Position numbers and translations under genes: made by a program
Part shown: piece after piece, positions 20,514 to 31,320 of the stretch
Layout of the letters: the number at the start of each line of letters is the position of its first letter
How positions within the stretch are numbered: the first letter of the stretch is position 1
Source: an uncultured Acidobacteriota bacterium
GTDB lineage: Bacteria > Acidobacteriota > Polarisedimenticolia > J045
Assembly: GCA_963702425.1 (NCBI GenBank)
Contig: CAVPCQ010000019.1
Location: 96,001-160,000 of the forward strand
DNA length: 64,000 nucleotides
Reading direction: 5' to 3'
The notes under the pieces: model-generated
Databases searched by the model: none
The model's input: only the letters and a program-made list of their open reading frames with translations
Told to the model about the DNA's origin: nothing

Positions 20514-21514
20514 GAGTACTGGTCGTCGAGAACCTGTGGGATAGCGAGCCCATCTGGTGGCTGCGCCACATCGTCACCGAGGCCCGCGACTGCGAGCTCG
20601 ATGTGCTCAAACTCTCCGAAGAACGCCCACTGCGCGCTGCTCTCCCGATCATGCGCCTCTGGATCTCAGTCCTCCGGGATTACGACGCGGTGGTCACCCA
20701 GCAGGACGGATACTCGACCCTCGCCCTTGCGTTCCTTCGTCGCTTTGCGCTCCGCCGCGACTGCCGCCACTACGTCAACGAGTTTATTACTCGCGAGCCC
20801 GAGTCGTCGCTCTACTCCAGGCTCAAGTACGCCTTCCTCCGCTTCGCAATGCACTCTGTGCAGGGAGTGTTTTGCTGTTCCCGTCGAGAAACGACTCTCT
20901 ACCCCCGAATCCTCGGGATGGATCCCTCGCGCTTCCACTTCGCGCCGCTCGCCACGGACCCCGCCTTCCTCGAGCAACCGGAGCAGGATCCGGGCGACTA
21001 CCTCATCGCAGCGGGGAGGACCGGCCGAGACTACGCGACCTTGATCGACGCAGTGCGTGGGCTTCCTATTGGCGTCGTGCTCGTGGCTGCGCCGGGAAAC
21101 CTCCACTCGATCACGATCCCGGAGAACGTCAGCGTCCGCACGAACATCCCGCTCCGCGACCTGCTCGCCCTAACGGCTCGGGCGAGATTCGCGGTCCTGC
21201 CCCTTCAGGATCGTCCGGTCTCCATCGGGCAGAGCGTTCTCCTTCAGGCCATGTCGCTCGGCAAGGCGACGATCGCGACCAGGACCACCGGAACCGAGGA
21301 CTACCTCCGGGACGGCGTCACCGGTTTCCTGGTCCCGCCTCGGGACTCGGCGGCCATGCGGAGCGCCATCGAGCGACTTGCCGGGGATCAGGCACTTGCG
21401 GACCGCATGGGAGAGGCGGCGCGGCGGGAGGTGCGTTTGCGCCACCACCCGAGGATCCAGGCGACCCGGATTGCCTCGGTAGTCCGGCGGGACGGGGGGT
21501 CTCGCCCACCGTAA
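20510..21514 (+). CDS. GT4 glycosyltransferase; stop codon lies within an IS66 end
   Basis: RDYATL, GQSVLLQAM.LGK, DGVTGFLVPP; TAA lies inside GTAAGCGG. Confidence 0.88.
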   Translation: MRVLVVENLWDSEPIWWLRHIVTEARDCELDVLKLSEERPLRAALPIMRLWISVLRDYDAVVTQQDGYSTLALAFLRRFALRRDCRHYVNEFITREPESSLYSRLKYAFLRFAMHSVQGVFCCSRRETTLYPRILGMDPSRFHFAPLATDPAFLEQPEQDPGDYLIAAGRTGRDYATLIDAVRGLPIGVVLVAAPGNLHSITIPENVSVRTNIPLRDLLALTARARFAVLPLQDRPVSIGQSVLLQAMSLGKATIATRTTGTEDYLRDGVTGFLVPPRDSAAMRSAIERLAGDQALADRMGEAARREVRLRHHPRIQATRIASVVRRDGGSRPP

Positions 21515-21981
21515 GCGGTCCGGGAGCGGCGTTCTTCCCCTCGGCGTGACGGTCGTCTACGAATAGCCCCGCGCCCGGCGATCGGGCGGGCCGTGAAGAC
21601 GGCGAGGAGCGGGGCGTGTCGGTTCTCGAGACAGGCGTGTGCGGCGGAGCGAGCGGGACTGGGCGGCGATCCTGCGGCGGTACGAAGCGAGCGGGTTGGG
21701 TTCGCGGGCGTTCTGCCGGCAGGAAGGGGTGGCGGCGAGCAGCTTCCAGCGCTGGCGCCAGCGACTCCGCGGCCAGCGAGCGGTGCGTCGTCGCGCTCGG
21801 TTCGTGGAGCTGGTGCCGCCGCCGGCACCGGAGACGGCCGTGGCCAGGCCCGGCAGTTCCGGCTGGTCCCTGGAGCTGGAGCTCCCCGGCGGCGTCATCG
21901 TCCGTTGGGGGGGGAGCCGATGTTCCTGTCGTCGGCACCGCCGCGGATCCTGGCCTACCGCGAGCCGGTGGACATGCGCAA
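21511..21981 (+). mobile_element. Truncated IS66 element A (left end, tnpA, start of tnpB)
   Basis: Begins GTAAGCGGTCC; TnpA W..ILRRYEASGL..FCRQEG..FVEL..LELPGG; TnpB MFLS..YREPVDMR. Confidence 0.85.
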
Positions 21982-22580
21982 TTATGCCGGGCACATCGTT
22001 ATGCGGAGTCCAGTGGTGGCATCGCGTCGCGTGCAAGGCGTTGAGGAGTGAGTCGCATAGGGTTATCCTGAGGGACACCGTTGGTAGGGGGTCGCCTGCA
22101 ACCGCTGGACTCACTCGGATCGCATCGCGGCGTTCTGGACAATCTCCAGCGCCGTCCCACCGTATTTGACGTTGTTCGCGGCCAGGATTCGCAAGGCTTG
22201 GCTCCTGGTTGTAGCATCGAGTCAGGGTGGGCCATGCTTCCGCCGCCTCCGAGTGTCCTCGCAACAACAAGGAGGACCGATCTTGGCCGGCCACAGCAAG
22301 CCCCCCCGAGGACGCGCGCCCGTCGTGCTTTCCACTCCGTCGTCGTCGCTTCGCTCCTGCGCCTCCGCAGAGAGAACGATCAACAACCCAGAACTAGGAA
22401 CGTCTTCGCGCTGCCCTCGGAGACAACTTGAAGCAGCGACGCTGTACCCCAAGTTTCAGCCAACATGCCATGAAGTCGTAACATCGACACTCCATGGCAG
22501 CGTGGAGCGATCGACCGAGCTGCGTTGACCCGGCAGCGGTCCGCTCGTCGCCGGGTCCGGCCGCAAGAAGGGGGAGAGGT

Positions 22581-24385
22581 ATGAAGCGCCTCACCCAGGT
22601 CCTGATGTCGCTGGCAGTCGCCGGCCTCATTCTCTACGCTCTCCTGCGCCACTTCGACATCCAGCAGACAATCGCATCGATCCGCACGGCACAGCCGCAG
22701 ATGCTGGTGCTAGGTTTCGCTCTGATGATGTTTTCCTATCTCCTCCGTGGAGCGCGGTGGCCAATCTGGGAACGCAGCCTGACTTTCTGGGACTCGTTGC
22801 GAGTAATCCTGATTGGGTTCATGGGCAACAACATCCTGCCTGCCCGCCTAGGTGAAATCCTGCGGGCGCACTGCGCGGCGGCCAAGACCAGTGACGATCA
22901 TGGGCGCACGGCCATTCTCGCGTCCATCACGGCCGAGCGGCTCCTCGACGGGCTGATCCTGGCCTTTTCTAGTCTCGTCGGGCTTGCGCTCGTACCTGTC
23001 GACCGTCGGCTTCAGTGGGTACTGCTCGTGGTGTCGGCAGCGTTCGCAGCACTCACCTCGGGGCTCATCTTGGGCATCAAGTTCCACGAGCGCATTCGGT
23101 CTTTCGTCGCCGTCGTGAACCACCGGTTCCCAGGCCACATGACCGCCTTCGCGATGGAGAAATCGACATACTTCCTGGAAGGCCTCCTCCCGCTGGGAAT
23201 GACGTCGCGCATGATCACTGCCATTGGTGCCACCGTGATCATCTGGAGCGTTGAGCTTGGCTCCTACTATTTCATTGGCGTGGCTGTCTGGAATGACATG
23301 AACCTGAGGACCGCCCTCCTCTTCCTGGTCGTCGTCAACTTCGCATCGCTCGTACCGTTCACGATGGGTGGTATCGGAACGATCGAGGCCGCTGCGACGG
23401 CGTTCCTGATTAGTTCGGGAGTTCCTCGTTACCTTGCCCTCGCGATGGTGCTGCTGCAGCACGCGGGGCAGTACTTTTTCACGACGATTGCCGGGGGTCT
23501 GCTTTACCTGACTGGCGGCTTCTACCGTATACCGCTCACTCAGCCCAAGGCCTTCGCAGCCCCGATCAGACGACCGAGCGAGCCGGCACCTTCCTGTGTT
23601 GTGGAAGAAGCGCGCTCGGATCTACGCCGGCTCAGCACCGCAGCGCAGCTGAACCGGCACCTCTCAGCGAGATCCTGCTCTCGATCGTTATCCCGGCGTA
23701 CAACGAGCAGGCCCGCCTGCCTCGCACCGTACTTGAGACAGTTCTTTGGTGCACAACGCACAATGTCGACTTTGAACTAATCATCGCTGACGACGGCAGC
23801 CGCGACGCGACGCTAGAGCTGGCACGGTTGTTCGAGGAGGGCGACGTCCGAATCCGGGCCCTCGCCTGCCCACATCTCGGGAAGGGCGCCACCGTGCGCA
23901 TGGGGATGCTCAATGCCAAAGGCCGATTTGTGCTGTTCATGGATGCGGACGGGGCCACACCGCTGGACGAGATACCGAAGCTGTTGGCGGCCCTCGGCCA
24001 GAGACATGACATAGCGATCGGCTCGAGGGTCGTCCAGCATCCCGGCGAGACTGAAGTCAGGGCTGCGCTGCACCGGCGCTTGATCGGGCGTGTTTTCGCG
24101 TTCTTCGTCAATGTCTTCGCCATCGGCGGCATCGCGGACACGCAGTGCGGTTTCAAGATGTTCCGCCACGAGGCGGCGATCGCGGGCTTCTCCCGCCAGA
24201 AGCTGGCGGGCTTTGCCTTTGACGTCGAGATTCTGTTCATCGCGCGGCAGCTGTCACTGTCGATCATCGAGATCCCTGTGAACTGGGTCGCGCAACCGGG
24301 TTCCAAGGTCAGTCTCGTCAGGGACTCGATTAGAATGTTGCTAGAGATCAGTCGCATTCGGTGGTTACACCGAAACATCCGTTAG
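22581..24385 (+). CDS. Flippase-like (LPG synthase TM) domain fused to dolichyl-phosphate glucosyltransferase-like GT2; frameshift near 23652
   Basis: GFMGNNILPARLGEILR, ERLLD, PFTMGGIG; shifted frame reads LSIVIPAYNE..ADDGSRD..GKGATVR..MDADG..DTQCGFK..FAFDVE. Confidence 0.82.
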
Positions 24386-24502
24386 CCGGAATGCCGGAGT
24401 CCTGACCTACGCAGGATCATTTCTGCAACACCGGAGCCTCGAAGTGGAGCCGGAGGTCCGTTCGCGGGTAGATCGGCGCGTCGTCGTTGACGAAGGTGTG
24501 AG

Positions 24503-24647
24503 GCGGAACGAGATCTCGTCGACGCCGATGACGTAGAGGTTCTCCAGGCGCTGGGGATCGAGGCGCTCCTGGACGATCCGCGTCACGATCGTGCCGACGG
24601 TCCGCCAGTCGATGCCCATCAGCAGCCGCACCGCCGTTCGGTCCACC
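24503..24647 (-). pseudogene. ISL3-family transposase fragment
   Basis: AVRLLMGIDWRTVGTIV...VIGVDEISFR. Confidence 0.7.
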
Positions 24648-24704
24648 GTAAGCGGTCCGGGAGCGGCGTTCTTCCCCTCGGCGTGACGGTCGTCTACGAA
24701 TAGC
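24648..24704 (+). mobile_element. Second copy of IS66-A left end (57 bp)
   Basis: Matches 21511 onward, GTAAGCGGTCC...TACGAATAGC. Confidence 0.85.
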
Positions 24705-25025
24705 TGGCAGTTCCGGCGATCGTGATCACGCGATCCGGGATCGTAATCACTGATTCCGCTGATGGTGATCACGCGTCGGAGCGAAGCGACGGTCGGTTCG
24801 TTCTGGTTTCGCCTCCTGTCAAGGCTCGGCAGATTCTAACGCGGGATCCCGATCGGTTGAAGGCTGGGTGGCAGCAGGGCCTGTGGGGCCTGTGGGCGGC
24901 GCGGCCGTTCGCGCTGTCCAAGGGGCGGTGGGAAACGCGGCGTCATGCGTTTTCCAGGGCCCCGCCAGGATCCGTAGGCCGTCGCGCGTCAGCGCGAGTT
25001 CGGAGCGCAGCGACGATCATCGGGT
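24705..25025 (-). mobile_element. IS21-family downstream end with subterminal repeats and structured non-coding region
   Basis: TGGCAGTTCCGG terminus, GTGATCAC..TCCG repeats; inverted homologue at 42322-42633 follows istB. Confidence 0.75.
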
Positions 25026-25105
25026 TGTGGAGCGTCACTCTGGGGTCCGGAAGTGAAGGGGCGACGTTTCGGACTGTGCTGCTGAAGAGAGCCGTGGCGG
25101 GCTAA

Positions 25106-26398
25106 GGGCTTGTAACGAAATTAGGTGACTAGTTGTGATCTCCCGCGAGGAAGGATACTGTAGTTCCAGTCGCCGTGGAATTGTTTCTGGCTTCAGGTTG
25201 ATCGCGCCCATCTGTGCCGCCGTCGGCTTGACTGCTTTGGGATACGTTCTGACAGTGTCCAGTACACATCGTACCTTGAGTCCGGTCGCCGTGGTTCGGG
25301 TGGCCGCGATGTGGTTGACGACTGCCGCATGGGTGAGCAATGGCTGGCCGCGCCAGTTTTCTGTGATGAACGAGAACAGCCGGTGCTCGATTTTGTTCCA
25401 TTTGCTCGTGCCCGGAGGAAGATGGCAGACCGAAATCATCAGTCCCGTCTGTCGGGCCAACTGCTGGAGCCCCCATTTCCAAAGTCGGATGCGGGGGCCG
25501 TTGCTGCCGCCGCCGTCGGCGGTGATGAGCAGTGACGGGGCACGCTGGTAATGCTGACGACCCAACTCGCCCCACCAGCGACGGATGGTCGCCGCCACGA
25601 AGGCGGCGGTATCGTGGTCCACCCCCACGCTGACCCAGCCCTGATTGCGACCAAGTCAAACACGCCGTAGGGGATGGCCTCGCCGGTCCGGGCTCCAGGA
25701 AGTCATGGACCGGCAGTACCGGAGATCCTTGCGGTCGCCAGTTTTGGCCCGGATTCTTGAAACCGTCCACCAGTTCTTTCTTTTTCGTGTCCACTGAGAT
25801 GACCGGTTGGCCGTGCTTCAACTGGGGCTTCTCACGCGGGTTGATGTGCTCGAACTGAGCGTCTCGGTCGGGGTGGGCTGGCCCCCTCATAGCGTCTTCC
25901 GGTTGGCCTGCAGGCTGTAGTCCAGATCGTGTTCAAGCCCCGCCACCAACGTATGGCTGACTTCGAACCCCTGCCCGTTCAACTCACCGGCCAAATGGCG
26001 CGTACTCTTGCTCGTCCACCGCAACGGAGACTCGGGATCCCGCGTGTTACTGGCTCGACCAACTCTTCCAACGCCGCCGCCAGCCCGGGCACCACAATGG
26101 TCATCCGTTTTCGGCCCGCACCAGGACGGCGCACCCGGTCGGCGGGCAACGGCTTCTTCTGGGTCAGCTCTTCCAGCCCGCGAACAATTGTGTTGCGCGC
26201 AAGGCCGGTCGCGCGGGCGACAACGGCAATACCCCCACGCCCAAGCGCTTGCGCCTCCGCACCAGCCCACAACCGGCGATGGCGCTCGTCCATCGAAGGC
26301 AGCAAAGCGCGATACTTCGCGCGAATTCCTTGTTCGACTTCCATGAAACCAAAATCCCAGAGACTGGCCTTATGGTCAAGTTATATCTTTACGAGCCC
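25106..26398 (-). mobile_element. ISAzo13-family element, multiply frameshifted
   Basis: DERHRRLWAGAEA..GRGG, ISVDTKKKE, ITADGGGSNG, PPGTSKWNKIEHRLFS; IRs GGGCTTGTAACGA / TCTTTACGAGCCC; TAA on both flanks. Confidence 0.92.
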
Positions 26399-26475
26399 TA
26401 AGCTGCGCGTCGCGTTTTCCGGCACGCAGGTTAGCCCGCCACGGAGGAGCGTGGCGATCGAGGGTCAGTCTCGTT

Positions 26476-27264
26476 TTGCGGCGCGATGCCCCTCGAGCGC
26501 CACCACCCAGCGTCAGTTTACTCGACCTCGAGCTCGGGGACTATTGCGTCGCGATCGAGCGCCGCGGCTGGGAGGTGGCGGGGCTGATCGCGGAGTCCGG
26601 GGTGTGCTGTCCCCGTTGCGGGTCGTCTCCGGGGTGCACGCGGGCTCATGCGTGGCGCCACCGCGGTCCGGTGCGCGACTTGGCCGCCCATCGGGTGTTC
26701 GCGGACGTCCCGGTGCTGCGGGTGATGTTCTGTACCGGGGCCACGATCTCGTTGATGCCGGCGGCGTTGTGGCGTGGGCGAAGCACGATCGCCTCGGTCG
26801 TGGCCGCGGCCGGGCAACTGCTGGCCCACGGACTCGAGCGCGGCCACGACTGGGTGCGCGTTCAGATCCCCGGCGGGCCTGGCGTCTCGCGCAGCACGCT
26901 CGGTCGGTGGCGTGAGGCGGTCGTGCCGCGCGTGTCGGCCGCGGCGCTGGCGCTCGTCGCGCTGCCGCCAGGGGCCGATGGGCAGTCCTGCGCGGAGCCG
27001 GTGGAGAGGATGGCGCGGCTCGCGGCCGCGCTGACGCCGCGCGTGCTGGCCGGCTTCCGAGCCCGCTTCGGCCGGGCGGTGCTCGACCTGGCGCGCCCCC
27101 TCGCGCGGCGCGAGGTCCACGACGCCAGCGCTACCGATCCCGGGTCGTCTCGCTCCGGCCCCGCCACCCGCAACGGGCGGACCCCGTCTTCCGCGCGGCG
27201 CAAGGTCCCGCTCGCGCCCCCGGGGACCGCCCCGGGACGGGCGCGCGAAGGAGACGACGGATGA
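26476..27264 (+). CDS. Transposon-associated hypothetical protein (CxxC, DUF6431-like)
   Basis: CPRCG, RVMFC..TISLMPA, STLGRWR; ATGA overlap with transposase; start uncertain. Confidence 0.55.
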   Translation: MRRDAPRAPPPSVSLLDLELGDYCVAIERRGWEVAGLIAESGVCCPRCGSSPGCTRAHAWRHRGPVRDLAAHRVFADVPVLRVMFCTGATISLMPAALWRGRSTIASVVAAAGQLLAHGLERGHDWVRVQIPGGPGVSRSTLGRWREAVVPRVSAAALALVALPPGADGQSCAEPVERMARLAAALTPRVLAGFRARFGRAVLDLARPLARREVHDASATDPGSSRSGPATRNGRTPSSARRKVPLAPPGTAPGRAREGDDG

Positions 27265-28088
27265 TTGAAGACAAGTCCCGGCCCCCACGACCCGGCGCCC
27301 GTGATTGGGCGGTGTTTCGGTACGGACTGATCAGCGAGGCCCTGCGTCCGCTCGCCGGTCAGCCGGTCTCCGAGCTGCTGGCGCGGCGGGCGGCGCAGCA
27401 GCACGCCCTGCCCGACGGCATGCTGCGCCGCTTCAGCGCCGCGACCCTGCGCAGCTGGCTGATCCGCTACCAGCGCGAAGGGCTCGACGGCCTGTTGCCG
27501 CGCAGCCGCGCCGACAAAGGCACCTTCCGCAAGATCGACGACGATCTCGGCGAGCTGATCGCCCGGCACCGCGTCCAGCACCGGCAGCTCTCGGTCAAGC
27601 TCTTCTAGCAGGTGTTGCATCAGGACGACGTCCTGCCCGCCGGCAAGCGGGTCTGCGAGGCCACCCTGCGCCGCTTCCTCCGACTGCGCGGGCTCGACCG
27701 CCCGGTGCGCGGGATCGACAAGGCCCGGGCCAAGTACGAGATGCCCCACCCCAACGACCTCTGGATCGGTGACTTCATGCACGGCCCGTTGGTCGGTACG
27801 GGATCGTCGAAGCGCAAGGCGATCCTCTGCGGGATCATCGACGATCACTCCCGCGTCCTCGTCGGCGGCCGCTTCGCGCTCGGCGAAGAGACCGCCGACC
27901 TGCTCCACACGCTGCGCGACGCCCTGGCCACCTTTGGGGTGTGCAAGCGCTTCTACTGTGATTCTGTGCCGCGGCACAGAATCACAGTTCTGTGCCCTGG
28001 CCCGTTATGTGGCGTGGCCACGCGCAATGCGGCGTCGTGATCGCCTGGCCATCGATTCCGCGTGGCCACCGCCACATAACGGGGCTCG

Positions 28089-29102
28089 TCAAAGGGCGTC
28101 GAGCCAGTCGAGCAGAGCCGCGTCGCTATTCCATGACTTCTTGCCTTGTGACTTCTGCATGGCCACTGGCGGTGCGCAGGAAGCGAGTGCTGCCTCCTTG
28201 ATTCGCGCGGTGATTTCCGCGTAGCGGTTGGTCGTTTCGAGGCGAGCATGACCAAGCCACGCACGGATGACGTTGATCTCGACGCCTGCCTCGAGCAGGT
28301 GAACGGCGGTCGTGTGACGGAAGACATGCGGGGTGACGCGCCGCCCGCGTCGGCGGGAATCGGCATCGAACGCGGCAGCATGCCTTCGAACGACCTTGTG
28401 AATACCGAAGCGCGTAAGCGGGCCGCCGACGGTGGACCGAAACACCGGGTCATCGGGGGCGGCGTTGCCGCCCGTTTCGTCGAGGAGCGCGTGCAGTGCG
28501 GTAGCCGTTTCCTGCCACAGTGGGCATGTACGCCACTTGTCACCCTTGCCGTGCAGCCGCACACGGTACGGACCATCGAGGTCGAGGTTACCGACGCGCA
28601 GGTCGGCGACCTCCTGTGCCCGTGCCCCGGTGTTGTAGAGGAAGAGCAGCAGCGTGCGGTCGCGTGCGGCCGTGCGCGGCCCGAGCGGCCATCGATCGAA
28701 CAGCAGCTCGACGTCGCGCTGCTCGAGATGGAACGTTTCGGGCGGCGCAACGCGCTTGCCGGGGATGCGCATCACCTGCTCGGCGACGGGCAGCATCTCT
28801 GGCACCCGCCCCCCGATGTAGTTGAAGAATGAGTGCAGGATCGCGAGCCGCTGGTTGCGCGTGCGGGGGTGGTTATGCCGGTCCTGCTCGAGCGCGTCGA
28901 GAAAGTGCAGGACGCTGTCGGCCGTGAGCGTTTCGAGCGGCAGCCGCGCGATGCTGTCCCTGGCTCCTTGGGCAACGGAGCATAGGTAGAGGCGGATGCC
29001 GTCGCGATAGCTGGCGATCGATGAGGGACGAAGACCCCGTGTCGAACGCAGGTGGTCGAGGAAGTACGACCGGACGAGTTGGCCGAGCGTGAGGGTGCTC
29101 AT
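28089..29102 (-). CDS. Tyrosine recombinase RitC
   Basis: LYNTGARAQE, HGKGDKWR, TPHVFRHT, WLGH, NRY. Confidence 0.93.
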   Translation of the reverse strand: MSTLTLGQLVRSYFLDHLRSTRGLRPSSIASYRDGIRLYLCSVAQGARDSIARLPLETLTADSVLHFLDALEQDRHNHPRTRNQRLAILHSFFNYIGGRVPEMLPVAEQVMRIPGKRVAPPETFHLEQRDVELLFDRWPLGPRTAARDRTLLLFLYNTGARAQEVADLRVGNLDLDGPYRVRLHGKGDKWRTCPLWQETATALHALLDETGGNAAPDDPVFRSTVGGPLTRFGIHKVVRRHAAAFDADSRRRGRRVTPHVFRHTTAVHLLEAGVEINVIRAWLGHARLETTNRYAEITARIKEAALASCAPPVAMQKSQGKKSWNSDAALLDWLDAL

Positions 29103-30064
29103 CGTAAACGCCCGATGGCGGAGGAGGCTTCGAAGCGCCGACCGCCACGTAGAGCAGATCAGGGGTGATCGTGAGGTAGACCGCGGTGGACTCGGGTCTT
29201 GCGTGGCCCATGAAGGTCGAAAGCTGCAGCAGGCGTGCTCCGGGATCGGCGCCGGAACGGTACCAGCGGAGTAGCGTATTCACGGCGAACGAATGACGCA
29301 GATCGTGGACCCGCGGTGCCGCCAGCGACTCCAGGCCCAACTGCGGCACGATCTGCCGAAACACCCGACCGATCGTCTGTCGTCTCAACCGCGCGGTCGA
29401 CCACACCGTCAGGAGCGGGGCATCGTCGACGAGTCCGCCATCGATGTTGCGGCGGCGCGCAAGGTAGGACGTGAGCGCCTCATGCAATCGCGGACCGAAA
29501 GGGACCAACCGATCCTTCCCGAACTTGGTGTTGCGCACGACGAGAAGCCGACGCCGCGGATCGAAGTCCGACACATCGAAGCGACAGACCTCGCCGACGC
29601 GCAGCCCGAGGCCGTAAAGCAAGGCGAAGGCGAGATGGAAGCTCTGTCCGCGGAGACGCGTGCCGGGCAGATCGGGGAGCGCGGCCGCGAGTTGCAACAG
29701 CCGACTTGCGTGCTCCGGACCGAACAAGACGGCATGCCGCCGGACCCTCGCGTCGCGGCAGCACCCGCAACGGCGAGTGCTCCAGGGTGCCTCGCGCGAC
29801 GAGCCACTCGAAGAAGCGGCGCAGGACGCCGACGAGGTGGTTGAAGCTTCGAGGATGATGGCGTGGCCGCGAGCAGAGGAAGGCCTCGACGATCGTGGGC
29901 GTGACCTCCGAGAGCGAGTGAACGCCCGCGGCAGACAAGCAGCGATCGAACAGGGCGAGCGCCGCGGCCTCGGTGTCGAAGCGTCGCCCGAGCGCACGCC
30001 GGTGCGCGACGAAGCGAGCGGCTTCGCCCGCCACCGGACCGGACGAGCCTTCGGCGGGCCTCAT
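29099..30064 (-). CDS. Tyrosine recombinase RitB, frameshifted near 29740 and near the 3' end
   Basis: LYGLGLRVGE, TKFGKDRLVP, HDLRHSFA, FMGH, VY. Confidence 0.85.
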
Positions 30065-31320
30065 AGGAGGTCCTCGATGTCGCCGAGCGCGACCTCGCGC
30101 AGGTCTTCGACAGCCGCCTTGGCGTAGATCCGCGTCGAGGATGTCTGGCGGTGGCCAAGGAAGTCACCGACCACCTGGAGTGTGAATCCGGCGTCCACCA
30201 ACCGTTGTGCGCACGTGTGCCGCAGCGTGTGCGACCCAGCGTGCCGCACCTCCACGCCCGCCCGTTTCAGCACTCGGGTCGCGCGGGAAGAAACGATCTG
30301 GTGCGTGACAGCGACACGCGGGGCCCGCGCGGAGAGGAAGACGTGACGCGCGATCGTCTGCGGTCGTCCGCGCCGGATGTAGTCGATCAATGCATCGGCG
30401 ACATCGGCTCGCAACGGATACGCCGCGGCGTGGCCCGCCTTGCGTGAGCGCACATGCAATGTAGCAGTCCGCCAATCCAGGTCGTCGAGCGTCAGAGCGG
30501 CGACTTCGCTGGCCCGCAGCCCATATACAGCGAGCAGCAGCAACATCGCGAGATCCCGGCGCCCCAGAGCCGATCGGGTGTCGATCGACCGCAGCGTCCG
30601 CGCGAGGTCCTCGGTGCTGATCGACCGGGGAACGCCGGAGAGAGCGTACCGGAGTGGCCCGTCAACGGTCGCAGCGAGGTCCCGAGCGATGACTCGCTCG
30701 CGGAACAGGTAGCGAAGGAACGAGCGCAGGGCGGAGCAGGTCGGGCCGAGAGAATTCGCTGCGACCGTCGATCTGCGCTCCTCGATGAACAGGTCCAGGA
30801 TCGCGGGCGTGAGTCCGGAGGCATCGCCGACACCACGGCCGCCGATGAAGCGCTCGAAGAACGACAACTGCGTTGCGTAGCCAGCGACTGTCGCAGGCGC
30901 CAATCCCCGCTCGTGCCGCAGATGTCGCTCGAAACCGGGTGCCCAACGCGACAGCGGGAACTCATCCGGCATGTCCGCAACTCCGTCCGACCGAACGACT
31001 CGAAGGAAGTGCCCGACGACGCTGCGGATCTCGGCAAGGTAGCGGCTGCGTGGCACGGAAGCAGCGTGTGACCTCGATCGCCGCCGCCAACACGCCTCGG
31101 CAAATGGCTGAAGGAGCTTTTCCAAACCACCGATCTCCGCGACGTGCCTTCTGTGGGCAAAGTCCCCCAACCGAACGAGCAACGGCACCCGACGGTGAAT
31201 GCACCGCGGGCTGTACTGGTGCGCGTCAAGCCAGCCCACGTACGTCTCGACGGCATTCTTGAGCCACGAAGCCTCGATGCGATCGATGGTTTCGGGTAGG
31301 GCGAAGAATCGGTCGAGCAT
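30061..31320 (-). CDS. Tyrosine recombinase RitA
   Basis: RRDLAML..YGLRASE, HTLRH, FLGH, RIYAK. Confidence 0.93.
   Translation of the reverse strand: MLDRFFALPETIDRIEASWLKNAVETYVGWLDAHQYSPRCIHRRVPLLVRLGDFAHRRHVAEIGGLEKLLQPFAEACWRRRSRSHAASVPRSRYLAEIRSVVGHFLRVVRSDGVADMPDEFPLSRWAPGFERHLRHERGLAPATVAGYATQLSFFERFIGGRGVGDASGLTPAILDLFIEERRSTVAANSLGPTCSALRSFLRYLFRERVIARDLAATVDGPLRYALSGVPRSISTEDLARTLRSIDTRSALGRRDLAMLLLLAVYGLRASEVAALTLDDLDWRTATLHVRSRKAGHAAAYPLRADVADALIDYIRRGRPQTIARHVFLSARAPRVAVTHQIVSSRATRVLKRAGVEVRHAGSHTLRHTCAQRLVDAGFTLQVVGDFLGHRQTSSTRIYAKAAVEDLREVALGDIEDLL

Noticed and set aside
27606-27608. Amber readthrough (pyrrolysine) in the transposase, given MttB nearby
   Set aside because: The MttB is non-Pyl and no pyl genes are seen; the gene is already disrupted, so a nonsense mutation is simpler
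28089-31320. Integron or prophage integrases
   Set aside because: Trio arrangement with terminal IRs fits RIT; no attC cassettes or phage genes
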